Source: Nitrospirota bacterium (GTDB lineage: Bacteria; Nitrospirota; Thermodesulfovibrionia; Thermodesulfovibrionales; Dissulfurispiraceae). Taken from it: a DNA stretch of 64,000 bases. A program made the position numbers and the translations under genes. The stretch is from assembly GCA_963790025.1 (NCBI GenBank), contig CAWBMP010000002.1, forward strand, positions 192,001-256,000, written 5' to 3'. The notes under the pieces are model-generated. The model saw only the letters and a list, made by a program, of their open reading frames with translations. It had not been told where the DNA came from and did not search any database. Within the stretch, counting starts at the first letter, position 1. Every line of letters begins with the position of its first letter. This document shows positions 1 through 10,498 of this stretch, one piece after another.

Positions 1-379
1 CCGTTATAGAGCCGCCCCGCTGCGGAGACGTTAGGGAGTAATTGATACTCTTTTGTGGCACGCCTAAAAGCAAGACTTGGGCGAAACCGAGAAACGACCC
101 CCGAGCATTACGGGTTGCAACAAACAGCCCCAAAACAAAAGATTCGCCCTGTCAGTTTCTTGGTGCAGTATTGCAGAATGCTGCCTTTTTTAATATGGCA
201 GGGTACGGTTAAATATCCGTAAATCCGTTTTGACAACTTCTTCTATAATTGACCGTTGAGTAATAACCGACATCATACGGTATTTCCTCCAGCCACCAGT
301 TTTTGCCCAGTTGCGTTTTAACAGACTTGTGCAAAAATAATTTTGATAAGCTAAAATTACGCCAAGAGGAATCTTGAAT

Positions 380-943
380 ATGAGTGTGTTACATTTATTT
401 ATTGTGGGATTGGCCGCGGTTGCAGGAGGCATGGTAAATGCTCTCGCCGGCGGTGGAACACTAATTACATTCCCCATGCTTACGGCTGTAGGCATTCCTG
501 TTGTTGCTGCCAATATAACCAATACAGTGGCCCTTTGTCCGGGCTATCTTGGCGCAACCCTTGCGCAAATGAAGGACCTGCGTGTACAATCTCTCCGCTT
601 GTGGCTCCTTCTTCCGATTGGCGTGCTTGGAGGAATAGGCGGAGGCATTTTGCTCCTTCACACGGATGATCAAATCTTTAGGAAGATTGTTCCGTATCTG
701 ATCATTATGGCAGTTGTTCTCCTGGCTATCCAGGATAAAGTGCGGGCATGGCTTATTCGTAGTACAGGCAAGTCAGAAAAGGTTACATTACACGATGCGT
801 GGTCTATAATTCCGATTATTCTTGCCGCTATTTATGGTGGTTATTTCGGGGCCGGAGTAAGCGTAATAGTCATTGCGTCGTTCGGAGTTGTCATAGTAGA
901 CTCGCTTATACGCCTCAATGTGTTAATCGGCGTCGAATTCTGA
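380..943 (+). pseudogene. TSUP (TauE/SafE sulfite exporter-like) family membrane protein, 3'-truncated by a MITE at 921
   Basis: Motifs [18 protein letters not shown] and [10 protein letters not shown] are present. Similarity stops at ...RLN, where the IS21-type terminal repeat begins, and the last TM helices are missing. Confidence 0.8.
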
Positions 944-1082
944 CCCATATATACACTTAATTTAGACTCAGAGCAATTTGCCATTGTATCTTTGATTTTA
1001 GGACATTGGTTACACATAGGGGGGATCAACACTCGACGCCGAAAAGTGCCAAAAGTGGGTCAGGATCAGATGCCGATTAACA
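921..1082. mobile_element. IS21-family-derived MITE (162 bp, non-autonomous)
   Basis: TG...CA ends. Left TGTTAATCGGCGTCGAATTCTGACCCA matches the reverse complement of the right end, TGTTAATCGGCATCTGATCCTGACCCA. A degenerate sub-terminal repeat lies at ~1021-1045. No transposase. Confidence 0.8.
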
Positions 1083-1226
1083 ATCAAACCCGCTGTCGAT
1101 GATCTTTGCTATTTCAGAGCGGTACTTGATTGTAAACTCGTTTCACAGAAAGGGATGGTTAAACCACGAGACAGGCAGTACTACATGCATGCCGACCTTC
1201 GAATCTTTCACCTTTATCGTCTGGAT
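1083..1226 (-). pseudogene. N-terminal DUF3391-like fragment of an HD-GYP-type protein, with internal stop, cut by the MITE
   Basis: Manual translation gives IQTIKVKDSKVGMHVVLPVSWFNHPFL*NEFTIKYRSEIAKIIDSGFD, which resembles the LKVGM...W..HPF..N.F.I N-terminus. TGA at 1143-1145. Confidence 0.6.
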
Positions 1227-1298
1227 CTCACAGCTACTTTATAACATAACTATATGGTTTTGAAAAAGAGGCATTCTGAAATACCATCGGGCAAGTCT

Positions 1299-1826
1299 TT
1301 AGGGTGACTTGTAGTGATCTATAAACTGTATTAGCCCGGTCAGTATATCCATGGGAGAAGGAGGGCATCCCTTGATATAGAAGTCGACAGGGATTACCCC
1401 GGCAACTCCATTTGTGACCGCATAACTCCCTTTATATATCCCCCCGTCGATTGTGCAATCGCCGCACGCAACGACAAATTTCGGCCCGGGTGTTGCAATG
1501 AATGTCTTTTTAAGGGCCAGTTCCATCTGCCTTGAAACAGGACCGGTAACGAGCAGGAGATCGGCATGTCTCGGTGATGCCACGAAATCGATACCGAATC
1601 TCTGGATATCATAGACGGGGTTGATCAGCGCAGTGCACTCCCATTCACAGGCATTGCACGAGCCTGCGTCCACCTGCCTTATCCTCAAGGACCTGCCGAA
1701 GATACTGTCAATCTTTTCCTTAAATGAAGCAATCCGTGCCGCTTCTTCAGGAGAAATCACGGGACCTTCCGGAAGGGGAAGCGCACTTTTCCTGCCTGTA
1801 ATGTTCCGCAATATTTCTTTAATCAC
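1299..1826 (-). CDS. hyfI: Hyf/Ehr complex small Fe-S subunit (NuoB/HyfI-like)
   Basis: GSCNACE, ASPRHAD, ACGDC and GCPP motifs. The start overlaps the large-subunit stop. Confidence 0.9.
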   Translation of the reverse strand: MIKEILRNITGRKSALPLPEGPVISPEEAARIASFKEKIDSIFGRSLRIRQVDAGSCNACEWECTALINPVYDIQRFGIDFVASPRHADLLLVTGPVSRQMELALKKTFIATPGPKFVVACGDCTIDGGIYKGSYAVTNGVAGVIPVDFYIKGCPPSPMDILTGLIQFIDHYKSP

Positions 1827-3355
1827 ATGTCACATCCCGAGTAAGATAAATTAAAGCTCTTGTTGCACAGGGGAAAATCAGGCACTATATTTCCATGAAC
1901 TGCAAACGGGACCACGGGCCAGTTGCAATAGGAGGGAGACCTTAATTTTACACGCAATGGTTTCCCGTCCTTATCCGACTTGACCCAATAGAACACCGAC
2001 CCCCTTGGCGTCTCCGTATAACCCAAAGCGGAAGAAAAAGCCGGGACCTCTTTGGGACCTGCCGACAATCCCCCGTCATATTTTTTTTCGAGAAGCTCAT
2101 TGACCAGAGACATTGAGCATTCTGTCTCGCTTGCCCGGACCATCATCCGAGCATAAACATCTCCTTTAAGCTTTGTGTGCACTTCAAAAACAAGCCTGTC
2201 ATAAAGCAGGTGGGGATGGGCTCTTCTAATATCATCGTTGATCCCCGAGGCCCTTGCCGTTATGCCGGTTGCGCCCAACTTCCTTGCAATATCCTTTGAC
2301 AGCACGCCCGCATTTTCGAGCCTCTCAGTATGCGAAACCGTGCCCAGCAGCAACTTCATGAATGCCTTGTATTCTGACGATACGGCATCGATCGTCGACC
2401 GAATATCGTCCCTTTGCAAAAATATATCTTTTTCAACTCCGCCGATAATGTTGATCCCTCTCAGAAATCTGCTCCCTGTGAGTCTTCCGTTAAGCTGCAT
2501 AAGCCTTTCTTTGATGACGGCCCCTCTTGCGTATCCCACCGCAAGGCCGGTGCCGGCGCACATATTCCCGATGTCTCCGATGTGGTTATAGAGTCTTTCA
2601 AGCTCCACGAGAAGGGTCCTCACCGCTTTTGCGTTTTCCGGTATTTCAATTCCCGACATTTTCTCCACCGCCATGCAATAGGCGGACGAATGAGAGAAGG
2701 AAGATGTTCCTGAAACCCTTTCCGCAAGCCTGACACCGGCATGGAACCCGATATGCTCGAAATGCTTCTCGGTCCCTTTGTGAGTATAAAACAATCTCGG
2801 CTCAAGGAAAAGAATCGTTTCACCGACGGCGCTGAACCTGAAATGGCCGGGTTCGATGACGCCGGCGTGAACAGGACCGACAGGGATTTCGTAAATCCCT
2901 TCTCCCTCAACCTCGATAAAATTGTACGGCTCTTTTATGACAGTGCCTTCCCCCCATTCCTTCAAATCCGCGTCTGTAATATTCCAGTCCTTTCTCAACG
3001 GGTATGAGCCGGTGGGGAAGGAATCGTGGAACATAAGCCTCCGCAAGTCAGGATGTCCCACCGGCGTCAGGCCGAACATGTCCCGGATCTCGCGTTCATA
3101 CCAGTGCACTGCAGGGATATCGGGTGTCAGGCTCTTGTATGAAGGGTCATCTTCGCTAAGCCGCATGAATGGGACATGGAAAATATCCTTACCCTGCTCA
3201 GAAAAAACAGCATATACTTTAAAGCTTCCATCATCCGCCCTCTCGTCTGTCGCAAACATAAGGCGCGGAATGAATTTGCCGCCCTCCGAAAGGGAGATGC
3301 AGTGGTCCCTGAATTCATCCTTTCCAAATTCTTTATAAAGTTCGTTTTCAGGCAT
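1823..3355 (-). CDS. hyfG: Hyf/Ehr complex large subunit (NuoC+NuoD/HyfG-like), lacking NiFe-binding CxxC motifs
   Basis: WYEREIRDMFG, VGPVHAGVIEPGHFRF and ELERLYNHIGD motifs. The L1 site reads ERVSGTSS and the L2 site reads FNLSYSG. Confidence 0.9.
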   Translation of the reverse strand: MPENELYKEFGKDEFRDHCISLSEGGKFIPRLMFATDERADDGSFKVYAVFSEQGKDIFHVPFMRLSEDDPSYKSLTPDIPAVHWYEREIRDMFGLTPVGHPDLRRLMFHDSFPTGSYPLRKDWNITDADLKEWGEGTVIKEPYNFIEVEGEGIYEIPVGPVHAGVIEPGHFRFSAVGETILFLEPRLFYTHKGTEKHFEHIGFHAGVRLAERVSGTSSFSHSSAYCMAVEKMSGIEIPENAKAVRTLLVELERLYNHIGDIGNMCAGTGLAVGYARGAVIKERLMQLNGRLTGSRFLRGINIIGGVEKDIFLQRDDIRSTIDAVSSEYKAFMKLLLGTVSHTERLENAGVLSKDIARKLGATGITARASGINDDIRRAHPHLLYDRLVFEVHTKLKGDVYARMMVRASETECSMSLVNELLEKKYDGGLSAGPKEVPAFSSALGYTETPRGSVFYWVKSDKDGKPLRVKLRSPSYCNWPVVPFAVHGNIVPDFPLCNKSFNLSYSGCDM

Positions 3356-3359
3356 TATC

Positions 3360-4814
3360 TTAAACTCCCAAAATTACCTTCACTGAATTTTGCAGCATAT
3401 TCCCGAGAACGACCGGAATATAAAGTCCGCCTAAAAGCATTACAGCGGCCATTACAACCAGGACCGCACTGACCGGCTTTCTCTCTTTTCCGGTCTCGGC
3501 GCCTTCGCAATTGCCAAAGGCCATGGCGCCGAAATGATGCAGGATCCCGCCGAAGATGATTGCAGCGAAGATGATGAAAAGCGCAAAGGTTGTCCAGTCG
3601 CCAAAATCGGCAGCAGCCTTAAGGATAATGAATTCGCTCAGGAATATATTGAACGGGGGCGCCCCTGCAATCGCCAGCGCAGCGAGCAGCATTATGGTAC
3701 CTGAAACAGGCATTCTTGTTATTACACCTTTGACCTTTTCTATCTTTGTAGAATGATACTTGAGCTTTACCCTTCCGGTTGTAAAAAACAGGAGTGTCTT
3801 TACAATTGCATGGTTAAAGATGTGCAGCAAAGAACCGTATAAACCCCAGAAACCGCCTATCCCCACACCCGTTGCTATGATGCCTATGTGTTCGATGCTG
3901 CTGTATGCAAGAAGCCTCTTGTAGTTGTTTTGAAGCAGTATGAAGGCAGTTGCGATTCCCATAGATAACAGTCCAAAAAAAAGCATGAGCCGGTTCGCAT
4001 AAGAATCTCCCGTGGCCTTGTTAACTATAATAATGAACCTGATGATCCCGATGAATGAGCATTTAAGAAGTATGCCCGAGAGCAGCGCGCTTATCGGTGT
4101 GGGGGCCTGGCTGTGGGCATCGGGAAGCCAATTGTGAACAGGCGCCAGACCGGCCTTTGCGCCGTATCCGACGAGAATAAAAATGAACGCCAATTTCATG
4201 GTTGACGGATTTAACTTATATGCCATGTCCCTGAGTTCCGTCCAGTTCAGTGTGCCGCCTCCTCCCATAATGGTGGCAGAGGCATAATATGTGATGAAAA
4301 TGCCGAGGAGCGCAAAGGTTATGCCGACCGTGCAAAGCATTATATATTTCCACGCGGCTTCTATTGACTGCCTGGTCTTATAAAAACCTACCAGAAGCGC
4401 AGACACCAGTGTTGTAGCTTCTACTGCTATCCAGAATACCGCAAGGTTGTTCGAGACCGTTGTAAGAAGCATTGTAAATATAAAAAGATGCATTAAGGCA
4501 TAGTAATGCCGTAAGTCCTTCATCTGCAATATCCCTTCCTCAAACTCCTGTCCCATATAATCCATCGAATATATTGCCGCAAGGAGAGAAAGAAGGACCA
4601 CGATCGCCATGATATATGAAGAAAGCGCGTCCATATACAACATACCGCCAAGAAAAAGCCGGGGCGCAGTTAGCGCGGCGCTTATCGGGTGGATAGAAAC
4701 CCCGGCCAGCAGGACAGTTCCCAAAAGGCTGCTATATTCAACAGCTCTTTTATTTCTGAAAGACCAGCATAAGAAAGCCGTAAAAACCGGAATGAAAAGC
4801 AAGGCCGCTATCAT
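3360..4814 (-). CDS. hyfF: Hyf/Ehr antiporter-like membrane subunit (HyfF)
   Basis: Polytopic. EAAWKYIMLC, GYGAKAGLAPVHNWLPDAHSQAP and KRLLAYSSIEH motifs. Confidence 0.9.
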   Translation of the reverse strand: MIAALLFIPVFTAFLCWSFRNKRAVEYSSLLGTVLLAGVSIHPISAALTAPRLFLGGMLYMDALSSYIMAIVVLLSLLAAIYSMDYMGQEFEEGILQMKDLRHYYALMHLFIFTMLLTTVSNNLAVFWIAVEATTLVSALLVGFYKTRQSIEAAWKYIMLCTVGITFALLGIFITYYASATIMGGGGTLNWTELRDMAYKLNPSTMKLAFIFILVGYGAKAGLAPVHNWLPDAHSQAPTPISALLSGILLKCSFIGIIRFIIIVNKATGDSYANRLMLFFGLLSMGIATAFILLQNNYKRLLAYSSIEHIGIIATGVGIGGFWGLYGSLLHIFNHAIVKTLLFFTTGRVKLKYHSTKIEKVKGVITRMPVSGTIMLLAALAIAGAPPFNIFLSEFIILKAAADFGDWTTFALFIIFAAIIFGGILHHFGAMAFGNCEGAETGKERKPVSAVLVVMAAVMLLGGLYIPVVLGNMLQNSVKVILGV

Positions 4815-4823
4815 AAATGATCG

Positions 4824-5483
4824 TTATCCTTTTAGTATCGTTAGTTTATCGAGATCGGCGGAGGCAAAGGCCCGCTTTATCTGGACAGAAAAAATCCCGA
4901 GAATTATCACTCCCATCAGCATATCGAACAAGACGCCGAGCTCCACAATAATCGGCATACCGAACGTCAGGGAAAAACCGGCCAGGAAAAGCCCGTTCTC
5001 CATGCATAATAATCCGATGACCTGGGTTATCGCTTTTTTCCTTGTTATCATTATGAACAGTCCGATCAGTATTACGGCAATCGATATCTGAAGCACGTTT
5101 CTTGAAAAGCCGCTCACAAAAATACCTTCACTTAACGATGTGTAAACAACAGCGACCAGGATTCCCGATATGGTGAGTGAAAGGGTATGACTGATATATG
5201 GTTCGGCATCATAAGTGACGTCCATCTGCCGGACTATCTTCTTCAGCAGCAGGGGAATAACAATCCCCTTGCTTACCAGGGTAGTAACGGATGCGATGTA
5301 AAGGTGTGTCTCGCCGACCATGAATGCCACTATGGCTATTAACGATGAAAGAAGCCATGAGTTGCAGATATAGGCCCGTATGTAAGATTCGAGTCTCCTG
5401 AAGGCATTCATGGCGATGGCGGTCAGCAATATGCCTACCGAGACGAAATCAATTACCGAAAAAACCTGGATCCAGTTTTTCAT
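4824..5483 (-). CDS. hyfE: Hyf/Ehr membrane subunit (HyfE)
   Basis: Hydrophobic. RKKAITQVIGLLCMENG and GMPIIVELGVLFD motifs, plus operon position. Confidence 0.88.
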   Translation of the reverse strand: MKNWIQVFSVIDFVSVGILLTAIAMNAFRRLESYIRAYICNSWLLSSLIAIVAFMVGETHLYIASVTTLVSKGIVIPLLLKKIVRQMDVTYDAEPYISHTLSLTISGILVAVVYTSLSEGIFVSGFSRNVLQISIAVILIGLFIMITRKKAITQVIGLLCMENGLFLAGFSLTFGMPIIVELGVLFDMLMGVIILGIFSVQIKRAFASADLDKLTILKG

Positions 5484-5484
5484 T

Positions 5485-6402
5485 TTATTTCCCCATCATC
5501 AGATACGTTAAAAGAGATAGCACTGCAAGCACAAAGGCCCCTCCGAGCAATGACGGCAACTGAAAGAACCTCATTTTGGACCTTGTTGTCTCTGCCAATG
5601 CCATCAAAACAGACAGAAAAAGCATTTTAAGAAGATAAAGGCCGAAGGATAAAGCGAGGCCCGGTACCTCCAAAGTATTTGAAATCCCCACCGGGAAGAA
5701 AATGTCGACGACAATGGTAAACAGCAGCATCTGTTTCATGTAATGGGCCCATTCCATAAGCGCGAGATATTTTCCGGAGTACTCAAGGACCATGCCTTCA
5801 TGGATCATGGTAAGTTCCAGATGCGTATCAGGGTTGTCAACCGGTATTCTGCCGGTTTCTGCAATTATCGCTATCATGAAAGCGGAGAGTGCTAGCATAT
5901 GGGATGGTGAATACAAAATACTATGTGTTGCTGCGATCCGGGCCACATTCGTTGAACCTGCCGATATCGCTGAAGTGAATATGCTGAGCACCATCATCGG
6001 CTCCACAAGAATTGCCACTGTCATTTCCCTGCTGCTGCCCTCTCCGCCAAAAGCTGTTCCCGCATCAAGGCCCGCAAGCGCCATAAAAAACCGTCCCAGT
6101 GCAAACAGGTAGATCAGCGCTATAACATCGCCCATCATTCCAAAGCGATAGCTTGTCGTCATAACGGGCACAATCATGGCAGCAGCAGCGGTTGACGCAA
6201 ATACTATGTAGGGAGTTGCCTTGAATATCCATGACGTGATACCGGAAATAACCATATCTTTATGGAAAAGCCTTATCAGGTCATAGTACGGCTGAAAAAC
6301 ACCGGGACCCACCCGGCCCTGCATGTTCGCCTTGAGTTTCCGTATGACGCCCTGAATCAACGGAGAAAAAAGAATGATTACTATGAATTGCAAATATTCC
6401 AT
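5485..6402 (-). CDS. hyfC: Hyf/Ehr NuoH-like membrane subunit (HyfC/HycD)
   Basis: QGRVGP..FQPYYDL and ETGRIPVDNPDTHLELTMIHEGMVLEYSG motifs. Confidence 0.9.
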   Translation of the reverse strand: MEYLQFIVIILFSPLIQGVIRKLKANMQGRVGPGVFQPYYDLIRLFHKDMVISGITSWIFKATPYIVFASTAAAAMIVPVMTTSYRFGMMGDVIALIYLFALGRFFMALAGLDAGTAFGGEGSSREMTVAILVEPMMVLSIFTSAISAGSTNVARIAATHSILYSPSHMLALSAFMIAIIAETGRIPVDNPDTHLELTMIHEGMVLEYSGKYLALMEWAHYMKQMLLFTIVVDIFFPVGISNTLEVPGLALSFGLYLLKMLFLSVLMALAETTRSKMRFFQLPSLLGGAFVLAVLSLLTYLMMGK

Positions 6403-6403
6403 G

Positions 6404-8395
6404 TCAGTGTCCGAATATAAGAAGCAGAATTAAAGTGACTAATATATACAACAGATACAGATGAAGACTTCCTGATTGCAGGGGTCTCACCTTTCCGGCA
6501 ACTTTGAAAATAAGGACCGTAACAGGCTCGTAAATATATTTTTCAAAAAATGGTGTTATCTCTGCCCTGTATTTTATCGCTTTTATAAAGAACGGCTTGA
6601 CATAATAAGAGACCTTGAGTTCTCTCCTTGGGAGATATATCTTCTTGAATATCATCCTTATGGGTTTTGTGAATCCTGTCGCTGAATATTGCATTCTTGG
6701 GGTCAGCGAAGGTATTCCGCAGTCCCACGAAGCGCCATATGTTATTTTCCTTCTGCCTCCAATCCCGAAGACAAAAACAATTGAAGCAAGAGCCATGACA
6801 AGCAGCGTTATAAGTATCGATAAAGGCGCCAGGGTGGCCACGGTATCGTTGATATAAAGGGACCAGTTTCCCGACGCTATGCCGTAGGAACCTGTAAGCT
6901 GAAGTGCAGAGGGAGAAATCATCCTGATTGCCACATTGGGGAATATTCCGAAGATGAGGCATAGCATGGCAAGTATAATCATGCCGGCTATCATGGATGG
7001 CGGCGCTTCTTTGGCATTCTCTGCATGATGGCTTCGTGGCATCCCGAGAAACGCTATGCCGAAAGCCTTTACAAAGCATGCAGCGGCAAGCGCGCCTGTA
7101 AGCGCAAGTGCAGCAGCGCCCATTGGTGAGATAATCTTAGATACCATGGACGATGATTTGAAGCCGAGTATCAATGATTGGTAGGTGAGCCACTCGCTTA
7201 TGAACCCGTTGAAAGGAGGAAGCGCGCATATTGAAATAGATCCTATCAGGAAGGACATTGCTGTAAGAGGCATCGACTTTATCAGACCACCCAGGCCTTC
7301 CATATCTTTTGTATGCGTAGCATGCATTACAGAGCCCGCGCCGAGAAAGAGCAGACCTTTAAAAATTGCGTGATTCAATGTATGGTAAAGTCCCGCTACC
7401 ACGGCTATTGCCGCCAGTGTGTAAAAGCCGTTACTCCTGAACATCATCGAAGCCCCGATCCCGAGGAGAATGATTCCGATGTTTTCAACACTATGGTAGG
7501 CCAGGAGCCTTTTCATATCATGCTCCATAAGGGCATATAACACACCAAGTATTGAAGAGATGGCTCCGATCACAATGATGGTGATTCCCCACCACTCCGG
7601 GCCCTGTCCCATAATATCCATGCCTACCCTAATAAACCCGTAGATCCCCGTCTTTATCATTATCCCCGACATTAGTGCCGAGATATTCGATGGCGCCGCG
7701 GGATGCGCCTTTGGAAGCCAGGCGTGAAGGGGTATAATGCCGGCCTTTGTACCAAATCCGATCACTGAAAAAATAAAGACCATTGATTTAATGCCGGCAG
7801 ATAACTTCGGCATTAAGGTCTTTATGGCTGCGAAGTCCATTTGCCCGGTATTTTTATAAAGCACTAAAAAGAGCACAATTATGAATGCAGTCCCAATATG
7901 AGTCATAACAGCATATATCAGTCCGGCCTTTGCAGATTGTTCAGTCCTGTCAAATGTCACCAGGAAGTATGAAACAAGAGACATGGTCTCCCATGATACG
8001 AGGAACGTAATTATATTACCCGACAGAATTACCGCATACATGCTCAAAATAAAAAGGTTATAGAGAAAACCGATTGACCCTTTGTTGGCGATGTCTTTTG
8101 TATAGCCGATAGAATACATTGAAACCGGCAGGACCAGGATAGACATTACAGTTACAAAAAAACCCGAGAGGGGGTCTCCGCGAAATACAAACTCAAGGGC
8201 TGATGTTATCGGGATGGAAGGTAAATGCAGCTCGATCCCCGAGGAAAGATATAACCCCGAAACAAGAAGGTTAACTGCCCCTAAGGCTGAGAGGACATAA
8301 GTATATCGTTTCGCTTTCTGGAAGATTAGTAGGGAACCAACTGCACCCGAAAGGAAAAAAAGAAGCCCTGTATTGAAATAAAATTCCGCGTCCAT
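6404..8395 (-). CDS. hyfB: Hyf/Ehr antiporter-like membrane subunit (HyfB/HycC)
   Basis: GFGTKAGIIPLHAWLPKAHPAAPS, KRLLAYHSVENIG and WDCG...RMQYS motifs. Confidence 0.9.
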   Translation of the reverse strand: MDAEFYFNTGLLFFLSGAVGSLLIFQKAKRYTYVLSALGAVNLLVSGLYLSSGIELHLPSIPITSALEFVFRGDPLSGFFVTVMSILVLPVSMYSIGYTKDIANKGSIGFLYNLFILSMYAVILSGNIITFLVSWETMSLVSYFLVTFDRTEQSAKAGLIYAVMTHIGTAFIIVLFLVLYKNTGQMDFAAIKTLMPKLSAGIKSMVFIFSVIGFGTKAGIIPLHAWLPKAHPAAPSNISALMSGIMIKTGIYGFIRVGMDIMGQGPEWWGITIIVIGAISSILGVLYALMEHDMKRLLAYHSVENIGIILLGIGASMMFRSNGFYTLAAIAVVAGLYHTLNHAIFKGLLFLGAGSVMHATHTKDMEGLGGLIKSMPLTAMSFLIGSISICALPPFNGFISEWLTYQSLILGFKSSSMVSKIISPMGAAALALTGALAAACFVKAFGIAFLGMPRSHHAENAKEAPPSMIAGMIILAMLCLIFGIFPNVAIRMISPSALQLTGSYGIASGNWSLYINDTVATLAPLSILITLLVMALASIVFVFGIGGRRKITYGASWDCGIPSLTPRMQYSATGFTKPIRMIFKKIYLPRRELKVSYYVKPFFIKAIKYRAEITPFFEKYIYEPVTVLIFKVAGKVRPLQSGSLHLYLLYILVTLILLLIFGH

Positions 8396-8549
8396 TTTTT
8401 AAAACAACTTTTTATTCTAACATATTACGATCAAAATAATGAGGTAGCGAGGGTCGTGAAAGATTCCTTTTTCTCGATATATGGGCGATGAGAGGCGGCT
8501 CGATTAGCGCAGACCTCGCATGCCGTGATATTACCATCAACGCGACATT

Positions 8550-8853
8550 GTTTATGGAAATAATGGATGATTACGGAGCAAAACTCGGCAAGCAATTTTG
8601 CCGCCGCTGTGAATATTGCCAGCCCTGTCCTAATGGTGTAATGATTACAGTTGCTATGGGTTACAGCATCCTTGCCTCACGAATGTCTCCGGCTGTATCT
8701 GTTGATTTTGCGAGGCTGGCAATGGAAAGCGTAAGATCATGTGTCGATTGTGGTGAATGCCTGGAGCGTTGTCCATACGAACTTCCTATCCCTCAAATTC
8801 TGAAGACAAATCTGGATCTCTATGAGTCACACCGCGCCCAACTTTGGAAGTAG
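8550..8853 (+). pseudogene. C-terminal 4Fe-4S dicluster fragment of an aldo/keto reductase
   Basis: FCRRCEYCQPCPNGV and CVDCGECLERCPYELPIP are present. The catalytic barrel is absent and there is no room for it after hyfB. Start is approximate. Confidence 0.7.
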
Positions 8854-9001
8854 ACTGGTGTATGCGAGACAGAAGCTTTTTCGCTACAGTGCTAAGGTTA
8901 CACTTGGAATTAAACGCCAGTTGCTCTGAAAGCAACCGCAGACTTCCCCTCCAACTCTGAAAATCAGCCCCCGGCATAGCAGCCAATTCCAAGGGTGACT
9001 C

Positions 9002-10498
9002 TCACTCACCCGCCCCTCCGCCGAGCACCTTGTAGAGCGTCACCAGATTGGTGAGACGGGAGAGGTGAACAGCAATCAGTCCTTGCTGCGCGCCGTAAAG
9101 GGAGCGCTGAGAGTCAAGGACATCCAGATAGCTCGATATGCCTTTGCTGTAACGCGCCTGGGATAAACGATAAGTTGCGGCGGTGGCATCCGTTAGAGCC
9201 TGCTGGGCCTCCAGTTGAGCGCCGAGCGTACCATGTTGAGCAAGGGCGTCCACCACTTCCCTGAAGGCGCTCTGGATCGCCTTCTCATATTGGGCAAGAA
9301 AGATTTCGCGGTCGACTTTTGACACTTTCAGATTGGCCTTGTTTCGCCCTGCATCGAAGATGGGCAAAGTGATCTGCGGCGCGAAGCTCCATACGCCGGA
9401 TCCTCCCTTGAAGAGTCCGGTCAACTCAGCGCTTGAGAGGCCAAGGCTGCTCGTGAGAGTTATGCGCGGGAAGAATGCGGCGCGTGCCGCGCCGATGTCG
9501 GCGTTGGCAGCCTTGAGAAGGTGCTCCGCCTGCATGATATCGGGCCGGCGCTGCAGCACATCGGAAGGCAGGCCCGGGCTGAGATCTTTAAGTGCGGTAA
9601 TTGCACTGAGCCCGGACGGCAGGAGATCCGGCGGTACCGCCGAGCCTATCACGAGAGTCAGCGCGTTTTCGTCCTGGGCTACCCGGCTCGTAAAAGCAGC
9701 AATGTCCACCCGTGCTGTATCAACACTCGTCTCGGCTTGACGGACATCCAACTCCGACGAGGCGCCTGCTTTGAAGCGACTATTAATAAGGTTGTATGAA
9801 GCCTGCTGGCTTTCGAATGTCTGCTGAGCGATTTTCAGATGCTCTTCATCAGCCGCAAGGGTCAGGTAGTCGCTTGCTACCTCAGCCACAAGGCTGATCT
9901 GCGCGCTGCGGCGCACCTCCGCGGTGGCGAAGAACTGCTCCAGCGCCTGTTCTTTAAGGCTTCGTACCCTGCCGAACAGATCGAGCTCGTAGCCGCTGAA
10001 ACCGAGACCGACACTGTATTGATGTGATGCGACCACTTGGCCGGTTGTAGAGAGGCTTGCAGGTATTCGTTGGTCGAGGCCGGCGCCGGCCGCAACCACC
10101 GTTGGAAAGAGATCGGCGCGCTGGATTCGATAAACCGCCTGAGACCTTTCTACATTGAGTGCCGCTATCCGCAGATCCCGGTTGTTGTTCAGTGCGAGTG
10201 CAATCAACTTTTGCAGTTGTTCGTTAACAAAAAACTCCTGCCATTTAATGTCGGCAACGGCCTTACCGGTCGGCTTGACTTCGCCTTGCTTATAAGCAGG
10301 ACCGCTCGGCCACCCGGCCGGGACAGGCGCTTCCGGCCGCGTATATTCAGGAATCATTGTGCAGCCCGAAAGAGCAAATAGAACAAGACCAATAGTTACA
10401 CTGCGGAATACAAAGCATTCCGAGCGTGAATGGTCGGCGGCTTGATGGCTCGGAGGCTTATCGGCGATGAAAAGTCTTTTCATTTCACTCCTCCGCAA
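9002..10498 (-). CDS. RND efflux outer membrane factor lipoprotein (OprM/NodT family)
   Basis: Lipobox [39 protein letters not shown] and LYKVLGGG. Confidence 0.95.
   Translation of the reverse strand: MRRSEMKRLFIADKPPSHQAADHSRSECFVFRSVTIGLVLFALSGCTMIPEYTRPEAPVPAGWPSGPAYKQGEVKPTGKAVADIKWQEFFVNEQLQKLIALALNNNRDLRIAALNVERSQAVYRIQRADLFPTVVAAGAGLDQRIPASLSTTGQVVASHQYSVGLGFSGYELDLFGRVRSLKEQALEQFFATAEVRRSAQISLVAEVASDYLTLAADEEHLKIAQQTFESQQASYNLINSRFKAGASSELDVRQAETSVDTARVDIAAFTSRVAQDENALTLVIGSAVPPDLLPSGLSAITALKDLSPGLPSDVLQRRPDIMQAEHLLKAANADIGAARAAFFPRITLTSSLGLSSAELTGLFKGGSGVWSFAPQITLPIFDAGRNKANLKVSKVDREIFLAQYEKAIQSAFREVVDALAQHGTLGAQLEAQQALTDATAATYRLSQARYSKGISSYLDVLDSQRSLYGAQQGLIAVHLSRLTNLVTLYKVLGGGAGE

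Noticed and set aside
1..41. Possible attC-like right end (...CGGAGACGTTAGGG)
   Set aside because: Cut by the window edge, imperfect GTTRRRY, and no partner box, integrase or cassette array visible.
55..190. Possible riboswitch upstream of the TSUP gene
   Set aside because: I could not match the conserved core of any riboswitch class; an Rfam/Infernal search would be needed.
1143..1145. In-frame TGA in the DUF3391-like fragment as selenocysteine
   Set aside because: Not a Cys position, no clear hairpin, and the gene is truncated; treated as a nonsense mutation.
1823..3355. Call as a functional [NiFe]-hydrogenase large subunit
   Set aside because: Both metal-binding CxxC motifs are absent.
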